Shown in pieces: positions 1-8,901 of a stretch of DNA of 25,180 nucleotides. A model generated the notes under the pieces. The model ran no database searches and was not told where the DNA came from. It saw only the letters and a list, made by a program, of their open reading frames with translations. The DNA is taken from positions 1-25,180 of IMG/VR virus record IMGVR_UViG_3300025103_000147. The stretch is one strand, 5' to 3'. The position numbers were made by a program, and so were the translations under genes. Numbering within the stretch: position 1 is the stretch's first letter; each line of letters begins with the position of its first letter. The DNA comes from a virus (lineage: Duplodnaviria > Caudoviricetes).

Positions 1-1
1 A

Positions 2-226
2 GCAGCAAAAGCTAAGGCACAAAGAGATCTTACCGCAGCTAAAACTCCAGATAGAAGACGTAAAAAAGCCGAAAATCAGCGAAAAAGACGTAAAGCTGCA
101 AAAAAACACGGAGCAAATTGGCTAATCGACAAAGATTACGATCATACAAAGAAAAGATTCGTAAAAACATCACAGAACAGAGGTGGGTATGGTACAGGAA
201 CTAAACCTCGTAGTAAAAATAAATAA
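2..226 (+). CDS. Partial (5'-truncated) small basic protein, possibly degenerate HNH-like
   Basis: Frame 2 is open from the window edge to TAA at 224-226: ...AAKAKAQRDLTAAKTPDRRRKKAENQRKRRKAAKKHGANWLIDKDYDHTKKRFVKTSQNRGGYGTGTKPRSKNK. Very K/R-rich; DYDH...NRG resembles a minimal HNH core. Not in the ORF track. Confidence 0.65.
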   Translation, partial: AAKAKAQRDLTAAKTPDRRRKKAENQRKRRKAAKKHGANWLIDKDYDHTKKRFVKTSQNRGGYGTGTKPRSKNK

Positions 227-238
227 AAACTAACATAT

Positions 239-697
239 ATGTCAAATATAATCACTTATCCTACGGGTACACCCTCTGCAAGTGACTTAGTATTAGGAAC
301 AAAATTGGCAGATCCTAATATTGAAGGAGATACAAACAAAACTAGAAACTTTACTGTAAAGCAAATAGCTGCATTCGCTAATGTTACTGCAGCATATACA
401 GTTTATACAGCACTTGTGACGCAAACAGGAGGTACTGCCCCAACAGCAACGGTTTTACAGAATACAACTGGAGATACATTAACTTGGGCTCGAACAGGAG
501 CAGGAACATATACTGTTACTAGTGGTACCGCGTTATTTACTCCCAACAAAACTGCAGTATTTTGCAATGTTGGTAATGGAGAACCAAATCAAATGTTAAT
601 GTGGACTAGAACTAGTACTTCAGTTCTCACATTGACTACAAACGGATCTGATGGTAGAATAACAAGTGGTGCTTTTGAAGTAAGAATATACTCATAA
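239..697 (+). CDS. Virion structural protein (fibre-associated adaptor)
   Basis: 152 aa, T/G-rich beta composition. Its N-terminal module (I.TYP...D..LGT...TRNFT...IA) is shared with the next ORF. First gene of the fibre cluster. Confidence 0.65.
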   Translation: MSNIITYPTGTPSASDLVLGTKLADPNIEGDTNKTRNFTVKQIAAFANVTAAYTVYTALVTQTGGTAPTATVLQNTTGDTLTWARTGAGTYTVTSGTALFTPNKTAVFCNVGNGEPNQMLMWTRTSTSVLTLTTNGSDGRITSGAFEVRIYS

Positions 698-707
698 AAA
701 TTAACAC

Positions 708-1406
708 ATGGCAAGAATAAGTTCATATCCGTATGATAGTACAGTTACTGATAAAGATGCATGGATAGGAACCGAGTCATCTAATAGAAGAACAAAACAG
801 TTCACAGCTAAAGCAGTTGCAGATTATTTAAATCTAAATGCTAAAGTAAACATTGGAGGACAAATGTCTTTTACATGGGATGATGTTGAAAAAGGAGGTA
901 CAGGTACTATATCTAAAGTAGGTGGAGCTGGTTCAGGAGGTGCATTCAATACATTAACAGAAGTATATTTATCTAAAAATGAAGTAAACGGTCAAGATGT
1001 AGTAAAGTTTTTAGAGTATATAACAACAAAAGATATTTTATTAGGACAAGGTGATCAAATTAGTCAATTTGGTCATTATACATTAGATACTTATGCAGTA
1101 GATACTAATCCTAATTTTTATAAAGCAACATTAACATATTTAGGTGGTAATGGAACTATAGTAAATTCACAACAATATACATTAATTCACTTTGATATAT
1201 CAGATTCTGAAGATGTAACATATATATTTACGCAAGGAGTTCCAGCTGCTACTTGGACAATAACACACAATTTAAATAAATTTCCATCAGTTTCAGTAGT
1301 AGATACTGCTAATTCTAATGGATTTGGTGATGTAACTTACAACAGTGCAAATCAACTAACAATAACATTTTCTGGCGCATTTGCTGGAAAAGCATTCTTA
1401 AACTAA
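708..1406 (+). CDS. Virion structural protein (fibre adaptor) with C-terminal THNL beta-sandwich domain
   Basis: 232 aa. N-terminus MARISSYP...D.WIGT...TKQFT. C-terminal TWTITHNLNKFPSVSVVD...LTITFS is a module common in phage fibre-associated proteins. Confidence 0.7.
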   Translation: MARISSYPYDSTVTDKDAWIGTESSNRRTKQFTAKAVADYLNLNAKVNIGGQMSFTWDDVEKGGTGTISKVGGAGSGGAFNTLTEVYLSKNEVNGQDVVKFLEYITTKDILLGQGDQISQFGHYTLDTYAVDTNPNFYKATLTYLGGNGTIVNSQQYTLIHFDISDSEDVTYIFTQGVPAATWTITHNLNKFPSVSVVDTANSNGFGDVTYNSANQLTITFSGAFAGKAFLN

Positions 1407-1413
1407 CTAAAAG

Positions 1414-3924
1414 ATGGCAATAAATTTTTTAAACTCGGTTAATTTTAACCAAAACCAAATAATAGCACCAGCAATAGAATCGCTGGCTACCGCCCCAGGA
1501 ACCCCTGTAGAAGGGCAAATGTATTTTGATAGTACTGGTGGTGATAAAACAATGTATTATTACAACGGAACAACTTGGAAATCAATGGATGGTTCTGCTG
1601 GTACTATGTCTAACTGGGTTATACGTGATGATGATAATGACGATAAAACAGTATCTGATGGTCAATATGTAAAAGTTACCATGGCTAATGGAACTGCAGG
1701 TACTAATTTATCTGGTTCTGGTACAACAGGAGATCCTTATATATTAGCATTAACCTCTCCAGGAGATACAACATATAGTAAAGCAACTGCTACTTCTTTA
1801 GGATTAGTAAAACTAGAAGACGCAACAGTACAAACAGAAGCTGCACAAAGTATAACTACTACTGCATCTAGAACATACGGTGTTCAATTCAATGCTTCAG
1901 ATCAATTAGTTGTTAACGTCCCTTGGACTGATACAACTGGTGCTGTAACTTCAGTAGATGAGACCACAGCGGGTACTTCTACAGGAACTCCTATAGTTGT
2001 TAATCCAACAACAGGAGCAGTATTAGTTCAACCAATGGCTTACGATGGTGGTTCTAATGTAGGACACGTTCCTTCTGGCGGTGGAGCAAGTACTTTCTTA
2101 AGAGGTGACGGAACATGGGTAACTCCTACGGATACAACTTATGTAGCGATGAATACTGCTACTTTAGGTTTAGGTAAATTAAGATACGCGAGAGGATCTA
2201 CACCTGCAGCAAACAGTAAAACTGAAACAGCTTCAAGAACATATGGTGTAACTGATAACTCTAGTAATCAATTAGTAGTAAATGTACCGTGGACGGATAC
2301 AGATAATAATTATACGTATGCTTTAAGTGTAGGTGCTGTATCATCTAACGAAAGTACATTAACACTTACTGGTTCAGGAGGTGGTAGTTCAACTACTGCT
2401 AAATTCTCAGGTACTAGTAATGAGATTGCAATTACAACTCCAGCTACTGGTGATGGTGGTGATATTACAATTGGTTTAGCTACTGATGTAACAATTGTTG
2501 GTGATTTAACAGTTTCAGGTGGTGATATAGTTTTAAGTGGAACAGGTAGGATTCAAGGAATTGATACGGTTTCTGCTACTACAGATGCTGCTTCTAAAGA
2601 ATATGTTGATGGACTTGTTTCTGGTGGTTTAACTTTTAAAGATGGTTTCAATGCTGGTACAGGTGCAATTGATGGTGGTGGTAATCTTACAACAGGTGCT
2701 TCCAGAGTTGCATTAACAGTTGGTGATTACTATGTAGTAACTACTGCTGGTAGTTTTTATGGATCAGTTACTTTAGATATAGGGGATTCTGTAATATGTA
2801 AACTAGCCGCGGCAGAAGGAACATCTGATGTAAATGACTGGGTTATTGTTCAGTCTGATGAAGGTGTTGTAGCTTTAACATCAGGAAATTCTGTAAGTGC
2901 TTCTACTGGAAGCGCACTAACATCTAACACAGGAGCTACAGGTTCTGTATCAGTTCTATCATTTGCATATGATGGCGCTGCTAATGTTGGTCACGTTCCA
3001 AGTGGTGGTACTTCTAGTACATTCCTTCGTGGTGATGCTACTTGGGTCACTCCTACAAATACTACATATAGTGCGATGGATTCATCCACTTTAGGATTAG
3101 GTAAATTAGAAGATGATACTACACAAACAACCGCAGCTAATGCAGTTACTACTACAGCGAGTAGAACTTATGGAATTCAATTTAATTCTTCAAATCAACT
3201 CGTAGTTAATGTACCTTGGACAGATAGTAATACTACTTATAGTGTAGCAGATGCTTCAACTCTTGGTTTAATTAAGATTGAAGACGATACTGAACAATCA
3301 GTAGCTGCAAATACAGTTTCATCTACAGCGTCAAGAACTTATGGTTCACAGCTTAATAGTAGTAATCAACTTGTTATAAATGTACCTTGGACAGATACTA
3401 CAACTAATGAAACTATAACACTTTCAGGAGATGTAACAGGTAGTGGTACAAGTGCTATTACAACAACGATTGCCGCAGATGCGGTTGAATCTGGTATGCT
3501 TAATGATAATGTTATATCTGGTCAAACTGATATAGGTGGAGCTATTGCTGCTACTGATGAAATATTAATAAGTGATAATGGTAGTCTGAGAAGATCAGAT
3601 GTATCTAGATTATTAACATATATAGCTGGAGCAAAAGCTTCTACAGTAGTATTAAATACATCAACTTCAAATGTATCACAACAAGGAAGTCCACCAGCTG
3701 GAACAGAAGGTTGGGTAATAGATTGTTCTGCAGAACTTGGAATTGCTGCTACAAGTGTAATGTGTGAGGTTTATTCAGTAGCTGCACAATCAGGTAGAGA
3801 AATTTTAGCTGGTGAAACAGTTTACGCAAATATATCTAGAAGTGGTGATGATCTTACGATAAACTTTGTTGGATCTAGTATTGCACAAGGTACTTATACT
3901 GCTCTTATAACAAGATGTGGATAA
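1414..3924 (+). CDS. Long fibre protein (tail or head fibre) with internal repeats
   Basis: 836 aa, T/S/G-rich. Contains GQMYFDS...YYNGTTW, four LGL.KL...SRTYG...QLVVNVPWTD repeats, two FLRGD.TW modules and DAASKEYVD, all typical of trimeric phage fibres. Confidence 0.85.
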   Translation: MAINFLNSVNFNQNQIIAPAIESLATAPGTPVEGQMYFDSTGGDKTMYYYNGTTWKSMDGSAGTMSNWVIRDDDNDDKTVSDGQYVKVTMANGTAGTNLSGSGTTGDPYILALTSPGDTTYSKATATSLGLVKLEDATVQTEAAQSITTTASRTYGVQFNASDQLVVNVPWTDTTGAVTSVDETTAGTSTGTPIVVNPTTGAVLVQPMAYDGGSNVGHVPSGGGASTFLRGDGTWVTPTDTTYVAMNTATLGLGKLRYARGSTPAANSKTETASRTYGVTDNSSNQLVVNVPWTDTDNNYTYALSVGAVSSNESTLTLTGSGGGSSTTAKFSGTSNEIAITTPATGDGGDITIGLATDVTIVGDLTVSGGDIVLSGTGRIQGIDTVSATTDAASKEYVDGLVSGGLTFKDGFNAGTGAIDGGGNLTTGASRVALTVGDYYVVTTAGSFYGSVTLDIGDSVICKLAAAEGTSDVNDWVIVQSDEGVVALTSGNSVSASTGSALTSNTGATGSVSVLSFAYDGAANVGHVPSGGTSSTFLRGDATWVTPTNTTYSAMDSSTLGLGKLEDDTTQTTAANAVTTTASRTYGIQFNSSNQLVVNVPWTDSNTTYSVADASTLGLIKIEDDTEQSVAANTVSSTASRTYGSQLNSSNQLVINVPWTDTTTNETITLSGDVTGSGTSAITTTIAADAVESGMLNDNVISGQTDIGGAIAATDEILISDNGSLRRSDVSRLLTYIAGAKASTVVLNTSTSNVSQQGSPPAGTEGWVIDCSAELGIAATSVMCEVYSVAAQSGREILAGETVYANISRSGDDLTINFVGSSIAQGTYTALITRCG
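1768..3396 (+). repeat. Four ~55-aa VNVPWTD repeats and two ~33-aa AYDG...FLRGD modules within the fibre gene
   Basis: Repeat A at about 1768-1932, 2134-2298, 3061-3225 and 3232-3396. Repeat B (AYDG..NVGHVPSGG..STFLRGD.TWVTPT) at about 2038-2133 and 2965-3060. Confidence 0.9.
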
Positions 3925-3945
3925 CATAAAATAAAATCAAATTAA

Positions 3946-6900
3946 ATGGCTATAAACTTTTTAAATAAGACTAGACTCCCAGATAACGCTAAATTAACGT
4001 TTGGTGATGTGCCAGATTTTGAAATATATCATAATAGTTCTACAAATGTAAATTGGATTAGTTCTTTATTAGATAGACAATTAATTTTAAGTTCAAATTA
4101 TCTATATATTAAAAATCAAGATCAAGACGAAAGTATAGCCTCTTTCTTAGCTGATGGTGCAGTAACACTATATTACAACGCAGCAACTAAATTTGCTACT
4201 ACAAATACAGGAATAAGTATAACTGGAGGATTTGTGACTACATCTTCTTCAGATTGTGCTGGTCTAAATATGACTTCTAATATTGCAATGGGAAGTAGTG
4301 ATATTACTGATAGTAATAGTTCAGCAGGTACGGCCGGACAAGTATTATCTTCTCTTGGTAGTGGAAATGGAGTTGATTGGGTAGATGCTACAACTGGTGA
4401 TATAACAGGAGTAACCGCTGGCAATTATTTAAATGGTGGTGGTACTTCAGGTACAGTAACTGTTAATCATGATACAACATCAAGATCAGATACTACTTCA
4501 TCAGCCTCACCAGGATCAGCTGGAACTTTTACAGCTGTAGACTCTGTTACAACAGGTACTTATGGTCATATTACAGCTTTAAATCTTAAAACTGTTACAA
4601 TGCCTACAGTAATTGATCCATCAGGAACTTATGTACCAATTTCAGGTGGCTCTGGAGTTGGTCAAGCAATGACTGGTAATTTGCATATTCAAAATAGTGG
4701 TCCAAAAATATACTTAAAAGATACCACTGATGATGATGATCAATCAATAATATTTAAAAACAATGCTGATACTATTGAGTATAGAATACAAACTCAAGAT
4801 TTTACATCTGGAGGCGGTGGAGATGGTTTTTCAATAGGATCTATATCTTCTGATCCTTTGCGTTTAGTAACAGCTAATACAACAGCTTTAACTATTGATA
4901 CATCTCAAAACGCAACTTTTGCAGGAATTATAAGTGCCCCAAGTTATTTAAGATTAAACAAAGCAATTAATCAATCTACTTTACCAGATGTACCCGATGA
5001 ACATGTAATAACACTTAGTCCTCCTACAACTACTGATTATTATGGTGGTGGAATATCTTGGAGTGAAGGTTCAAATACAGCGGCAAGTATAGGTGTTTAT
5101 GATGAAGGAAGCGGTGGTGCTTTGGGAATGTATTTAGCAACAGGTAATAATACAACTTTAACAAAAGCTTTAACAATAGATGATTCTCAAAATGCAACTT
5201 TTGCAGGTACAGTAACTTGGAGTGGTGGTAGTTCAACAGAGTCTAACTCTGCATACGATAATATGATAACCGCTTTTAGTGACTCAGGTACATCTACAGT
5301 TACATTAACATTAACTCAACAAGATGGCGGTACTTTAACTACATCGTTCAGTGTACCACAAGGTACGGGCGATGGTACAGTTACAGGTGTAACTTCTGCT
5401 ACTACAGGTCAACTTACAGTCTCAGAATCTTCACCAGCACCAGCATTAACTATTGTAACAGGTGCTGTAACAAATGGCGGAACTGCATTAGCAACTGGTG
5501 ATCAAATATATGATGCCACAACCACAAGATTAAGTAGTTATTTACCTCTTACAGGAGGTACATTAACAGGTGATTTAACGATATCAGAGAGTAGTTTATT
5601 CGTGACTCAAGGCTCAGCAACAGACCCAGCATTAAGATTAACAGATACTGGTGTTGCAAGTTATGATTTTCTATTCCCCGATACTTCAACTATTCAACTA
5701 TCAACAGATACAACAAGTACAAAAGTATTTAAAATATCAAACGCTGGGACTGGTAAATTTAATTTAGATGTAGAAGGTACGGCAACCATAAACACTATTG
5801 ATGTAGTTGGTAGTGATACTGATAAATTCTTAATGTCAGATGGTGGTGTTGTAAAATATGTTACTGGAACTAACTTAAGATCATATATAGGAGCAGGTAC
5901 AGGATCAGGTGATGGTACAGTAACAAGTGTAAATGTCAAAACTGATGGAGACGCTCTAGATACTGCATCCAATTCAATAACCGGATCTGGAACATGTACT
6001 ATACCTTGGCAAGGTAGTTCATCTCAATATGTAAATGGTGAAGGTAATTTAGTAGCTTTATCTACTTTACCACAAGGGGATATTACAAATGTAAGTACAA
6101 CTTCACCAATAGGTGGTGGAGGATCATCCGGATCTGTAACTATTACACATGATAGTCAAACTGACACAGAAACAACATCATCTGAAACATTAACATCAGC
6201 TGATACGTTTACGGCTTACACAAGTGTTACTACAAATGCGACTGGTCACGTTACAGGACATAATTTAAAAACATATACACTACCTACTTCAGTAACTAGT
6301 AGTGGTGTAACATCAATAACATTTACATCAGACTCAGGTAGTACTAGCGCTGTAACAAGTACTGGAACAATTGATATTGAAGGTGGAACAAACGTAACAA
6401 CATCCGCAACTGGATCAACCGTTACTATTAACTCTACTGATCAATATACAGGTACTGTAACTAGTATAGCAACTGGTAGTGGTTTAACTGGTGGTACAAT
6501 TACAACTTCAGGTACACTATCTCACGCAGATACTTCTTCTCAAGCATCAGTAGATAACTCGGGAAGAACTTTTATACAAGATATTACTCTTGATACATTT
6601 GGCCATGTAACAGGAATTACATCAGCAACTGACTCTGATACTTATGATGGTACAGTAACAAGTATTACTGCAGGAACAGGTTTAGATGGTGGTACAATAA
6701 CTGGATCAGGTACAATAGATTTAGCCGATACCGCAGTTACTGCAGCTAGTTATACTAACGCCTCTATTACAGTAGATGCACAAGGTAGACTTACCGCTGC
6801 GTCTAGCGGAAGTGATGCCCAAGGAGTTACTTCAATAACATTCACGTCGGATTCAGGAAGTACATCTGCTATAACAAGTACTGGAACAATAGACATAGCT

Positions 6901-7770
6901 GGTGGAACAAATGTAACTACTTCAGCTACTGGCAGTACTGTAACAATAAATTCTACAGATCAGTATACTGGAACAGTAACAAGTGTAGGAATTACCGCTG
7001 GTACAGGGATAAGTGTATCAGGTTCTCCAGTTACAGGTTCAGGAAGTATAACCGTAACAAATACAGCTCCTGCCACAATAGATGGTAGTGGTGCTTCAAC
7101 TAGATTAGCATATTGGTCAGATAGTGATACATTAACTTCAAATGCTGGATTAACATATGCCGCAGCTGATCATTTAACAACTACTAGTCAAGTTCGTGTA
7201 GGAGATGGAACTAAAAGTGCACCATCATATAGTTTTGATGGCGATAGAAACACTGGCATGTACAGTGGTGGAACAGATATTGTAGCGTTTTCAGCAGGAG
7301 GTAATACTAGTTTATTAGTAGAATCAGATAAAATTACAGCCAAAACTAATATAGTTTTAGAGGATACAAACATTGAAGAATCAGTTACATTAGGATCTGG
7401 TGAAACTTCAGGTACAATAATTAAATTTGGAGATGCAGCCTCTAAAACTGCAGGAAAATATTATGTATGGCAAAGCAATAGTGCATGGGGTGAAACTACT
7501 CCTGATGGTAATGCAACAGGATTATTAGCTGTATCAATTGGTACAGGTACTAATACGGCTACAACAAACGGTATGTTATTACGAGGTGTATTATATGATG
7601 CAAGTCATGGTTTTACAATTGGAGCTCCTTTATATTTAAGTGATACAGACGGTACTGTAACAATTACTCCACCTACAGATGGAGGATATATAGTTAGGGT
7701 AGTAGGATATGCTTTAGACACTAATCATATTTATTTCTGTCCAGATAATACATTTATTGAACTTAGTTAA
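3946..7770 (+). CDS. Very long fibre/adhesin protein
   Basis: 1274 aa, T/S/G-rich. Contains GTVTS and ITVDAQGRLTAAS fibre motifs and ALTID.SQNATFAG x2. C-terminal GAPLYLS...VRVVGYA...IYFCP domain. Confidence 0.85.
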   Translation: MAINFLNKTRLPDNAKLTFGDVPDFEIYHNSSTNVNWISSLLDRQLILSSNYLYIKNQDQDESIASFLADGAVTLYYNAATKFATTNTGISITGGFVTTSSSDCAGLNMTSNIAMGSSDITDSNSSAGTAGQVLSSLGSGNGVDWVDATTGDITGVTAGNYLNGGGTSGTVTVNHDTTSRSDTTSSASPGSAGTFTAVDSVTTGTYGHITALNLKTVTMPTVIDPSGTYVPISGGSGVGQAMTGNLHIQNSGPKIYLKDTTDDDDQSIIFKNNADTIEYRIQTQDFTSGGGGDGFSIGSISSDPLRLVTANTTALTIDTSQNATFAGIISAPSYLRLNKAINQSTLPDVPDEHVITLSPPTTTDYYGGGISWSEGSNTAASIGVYDEGSGGALGMYLATGNNTTLTKALTIDDSQNATFAGTVTWSGGSSTESNSAYDNMITAFSDSGTSTVTLTLTQQDGGTLTTSFSVPQGTGDGTVTGVTSATTGQLTVSESSPAPALTIVTGAVTNGGTALATGDQIYDATTTRLSSYLPLTGGTLTGDLTISESSLFVTQGSATDPALRLTDTGVASYDFLFPDTSTIQLSTDTTSTKVFKISNAGTGKFNLDVEGTATINTIDVVGSDTDKFLMSDGGVVKYVTGTNLRSYIGAGTGSGDGTVTSVNVKTDGDALDTASNSITGSGTCTIPWQGSSSQYVNGEGNLVALSTLPQGDITNVSTTSPIGGGGSSGSVTITHDSQTDTETTSSETLTSADTFTAYTSVTTNATGHVTGHNLKTYTLPTSVTSSGVTSITFTSDSGSTSAVTSTGTIDIEGGTNVTTSATGSTVTINSTDQYTGTVTSIATGSGLTGGTITTSGTLSHADTSSQASVDNSGRTFIQDITLDTFGHVTGITSATDSDTYDGTVTSITAGTGLDGGTITGSGTIDLADTAVTAASYTNASITVDAQGRLTAASSGSDAQGVTSITFTSDSGSTSAITSTGTIDIAGGTNVTTSATGSTVTINSTDQYTGTVTSVGITAGTGISVSGSPVTGSGSITVTNTAPATIDGSGASTRLAYWSDSDTLTSNAGLTYAAADHLTTTSQVRVGDGTKSAPSYSFDGDRNTGMYSGGTDIVAFSAGGNTSLLVESDKITAKTNIVLEDTNIEESVTLGSGETSGTIIKFGDAASKTAGKYYVWQSNSAWGETTPDGNATGLLAVSIGTGTNTATTNGMLLRGVLYDASHGFTIGAPLYLSDTDGTVTITPPTDGGYIVRVVGYALDTNHIYFCPDNTFIELS
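6304..6984 (+). repeat. Near-identical ~54-aa duplication in the large fibre gene
   Basis: GVTSITFTSDSGSTSA[V/I]TSTGTIDI[E/A]GGTNVTTSATGSTVTINSTDQYTGTVTS at about 6304-6465 and 6823-6984. The protein copies are almost identical while the DNA has many synonymous differences. Confidence 0.9.
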
Positions 7771-7780
7771 GATATAAATC

Positions 7781-8503
7781 ATGGCAACAATAACAGCAGG
7801 AAAATACGGTTGGGTAGCGGCGTCAAGTGAATTAGGTTGGATGACAGCTCGTAATGCTACTACAGGTACTAATACTCAAAATCAATCAACAAGTTCAAAC
7901 ACTGAATCAGTTGCAGTAAATTATAGTTCAGGAGGTAAAGGAAGTAATTGGTCAGTTAAAAGGCAGTTTTTAGCATTTAATGTTACAGCTTATCAAACTG
8001 GATATACTATAACAGATTTAAAATTATATTACAAACCTACTACAAGTACCGCGGGAAGCGGCGGTGCAGGTTTGAAAGTGGCACTAGTAAAGTCAACAGC
8101 TCAAGGAAATGCTAATGCAAATTTAACAACTAGTGATATTAATAATTTTGATGATAGTGTAGATTATGCGGATAATGATGGACTTATTGTTTGGCGGGAT
8201 TTATCAACTCTACAATCTTGGGATTTAAATTCAACAGCTATTAGTGCTATAACAAGTACTGGGTATCTTAAGATTTGTGTAATGCAATATTTAAATGATT
8301 ATCCAGATACAGCTCCAACTACAAATCCTACTAACTTAAAAGGTTATTCTAATTATAGTACAGTACCTTATTTAAGTTTTACTGCGACTGCGACTGGATG
8401 GAGTGATGGAGATATAAATGGAACTACTTCCCCAGAAGAAAAAATTAATGCAAAAGAATATGCAGATATTATTTATATAAATAATATACCATTTACTCCA
8501 TAG
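7781..8503 (+). CDS. Putative fibre-tip/receptor-binding beta-sandwich protein
   Basis: 240 aa, last gene of the fibre cluster. RQFLAFNVT...TITDLKLYY resembles DNRLRE/CBM96-type jelly-roll signatures. C-terminal DING...KINA...YINNI triple motif. Confidence 0.55.
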   Translation: MATITAGKYGWVAASSELGWMTARNATTGTNTQNQSTSSNTESVAVNYSSGGKGSNWSVKRQFLAFNVTAYQTGYTITDLKLYYKPTTSTAGSGGAGLKVALVKSTAQGNANANLTTSDINNFDDSVDYADNDGLIVWRDLSTLQSWDLNSTAISAITSTGYLKICVMQYLNDYPDTAPTTNPTNLKGYSNYSTVPYLSFTATATGWSDGDINGTTSPEEKINAKEYADIIYINNIPFTP

Positions 8504-8531
8504 TAAAAAATAACAAAAACCAGTAATAATA
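8501..8531 (+). promoter_or_regulatory. Putative phage promoter, copy 1 (TAGTAAAAAA-N4-AAAAAC-N-AGTAATWATA)
   Basis: 25 of 30 nt identical to 15691-15720. Both copies are intergenic and lie at module starts. Confidence 0.5.
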
Positions 8532-8538
8532 AATATAT

Positions 8539-8557
8539 ACCCGGTCCGGGTTAGGAC
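8539..8557 (+). promoter_or_regulatory. GC-rich leader hairpin / compact H-type pseudoknot
   Basis: ACCC(8539-42) pairs with GGGT(8548-51); loop GTCC(8544-47) pairs with GGAC(8554-57). A GC island in an otherwise A/T-dominated intergenic region. Confidence 0.5.
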
Positions 8558-8588
8558 ATAAACCAAATATTAAATTAAAACCAAAATT

Positions 8589-8876
8589 ATGACGTTTTAT
8601 TATCAGACTAGAACGTGGAATAGTCAACCACAAATTTCAGAAGAAACCATTAACCTTTGGAAACATCTCTCAGACAAAAAGAACTGGAGAATAACCCAAT
8701 TACCTAACGGTTTTTATCAAACTGAATACCAAGATCCAGATAAAGATACTTGGCACGACGTTACAAGACGTGAAACTATTGAAGGAGCAGAAAGCGCTAT
8801 TGATGGATCAGTAGAGCATTATGTTAAAAAAGTAGATTTCTTAAAAGGTCCTAAAGTCGTAAAAACCTTTAAATAA
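8589..8876 (+). CDS. Hypothetical protein upstream of groEL
   Basis: 95-aa ORF with an A-rich leader and a globular-looking WRITQLPNGFYQTE...W.DVTRRET core. Confidence 0.8.
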   Translation: MTFYYQTRTWNSQPQISEETINLWKHLSDKKNWRITQLPNGFYQTEYQDPDKDTWHDVTRRETIEGAESAIDGSVEHYVKKVDFLKGPKVVKTFK

Positions 8877-8880
8877 CAAT

Positions 8881-8901
8881 TAAATTAAATTAAATTAAAT
8901 T
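8881..8901 (+). promoter_or_regulatory. (TAAAT)4 Bacteroidota-type translation-initiation leader of groEL
   Basis: TAAATTAAATTAAATTAAATT directly before the ATG, with no SD sequence. Similar leaders precede 14020, 16802 and 22783. Confidence 0.55.

Noticed and set aside
1389-1434. C-terminal KAFLN of ORF 708 echoing N-terminal AINFLN of ORF 1414
   Set aside because: Only a three-residue match, which cannot be distinguished from chance.
1768-6984. Fibre repeats as CRISPR array or DGR template/variable repeats
   Set aside because: The repeats are in-frame protein modules differing mainly at synonymous sites, not adenine-specific positions. No spacer structure or reverse transcriptase is present in the window.
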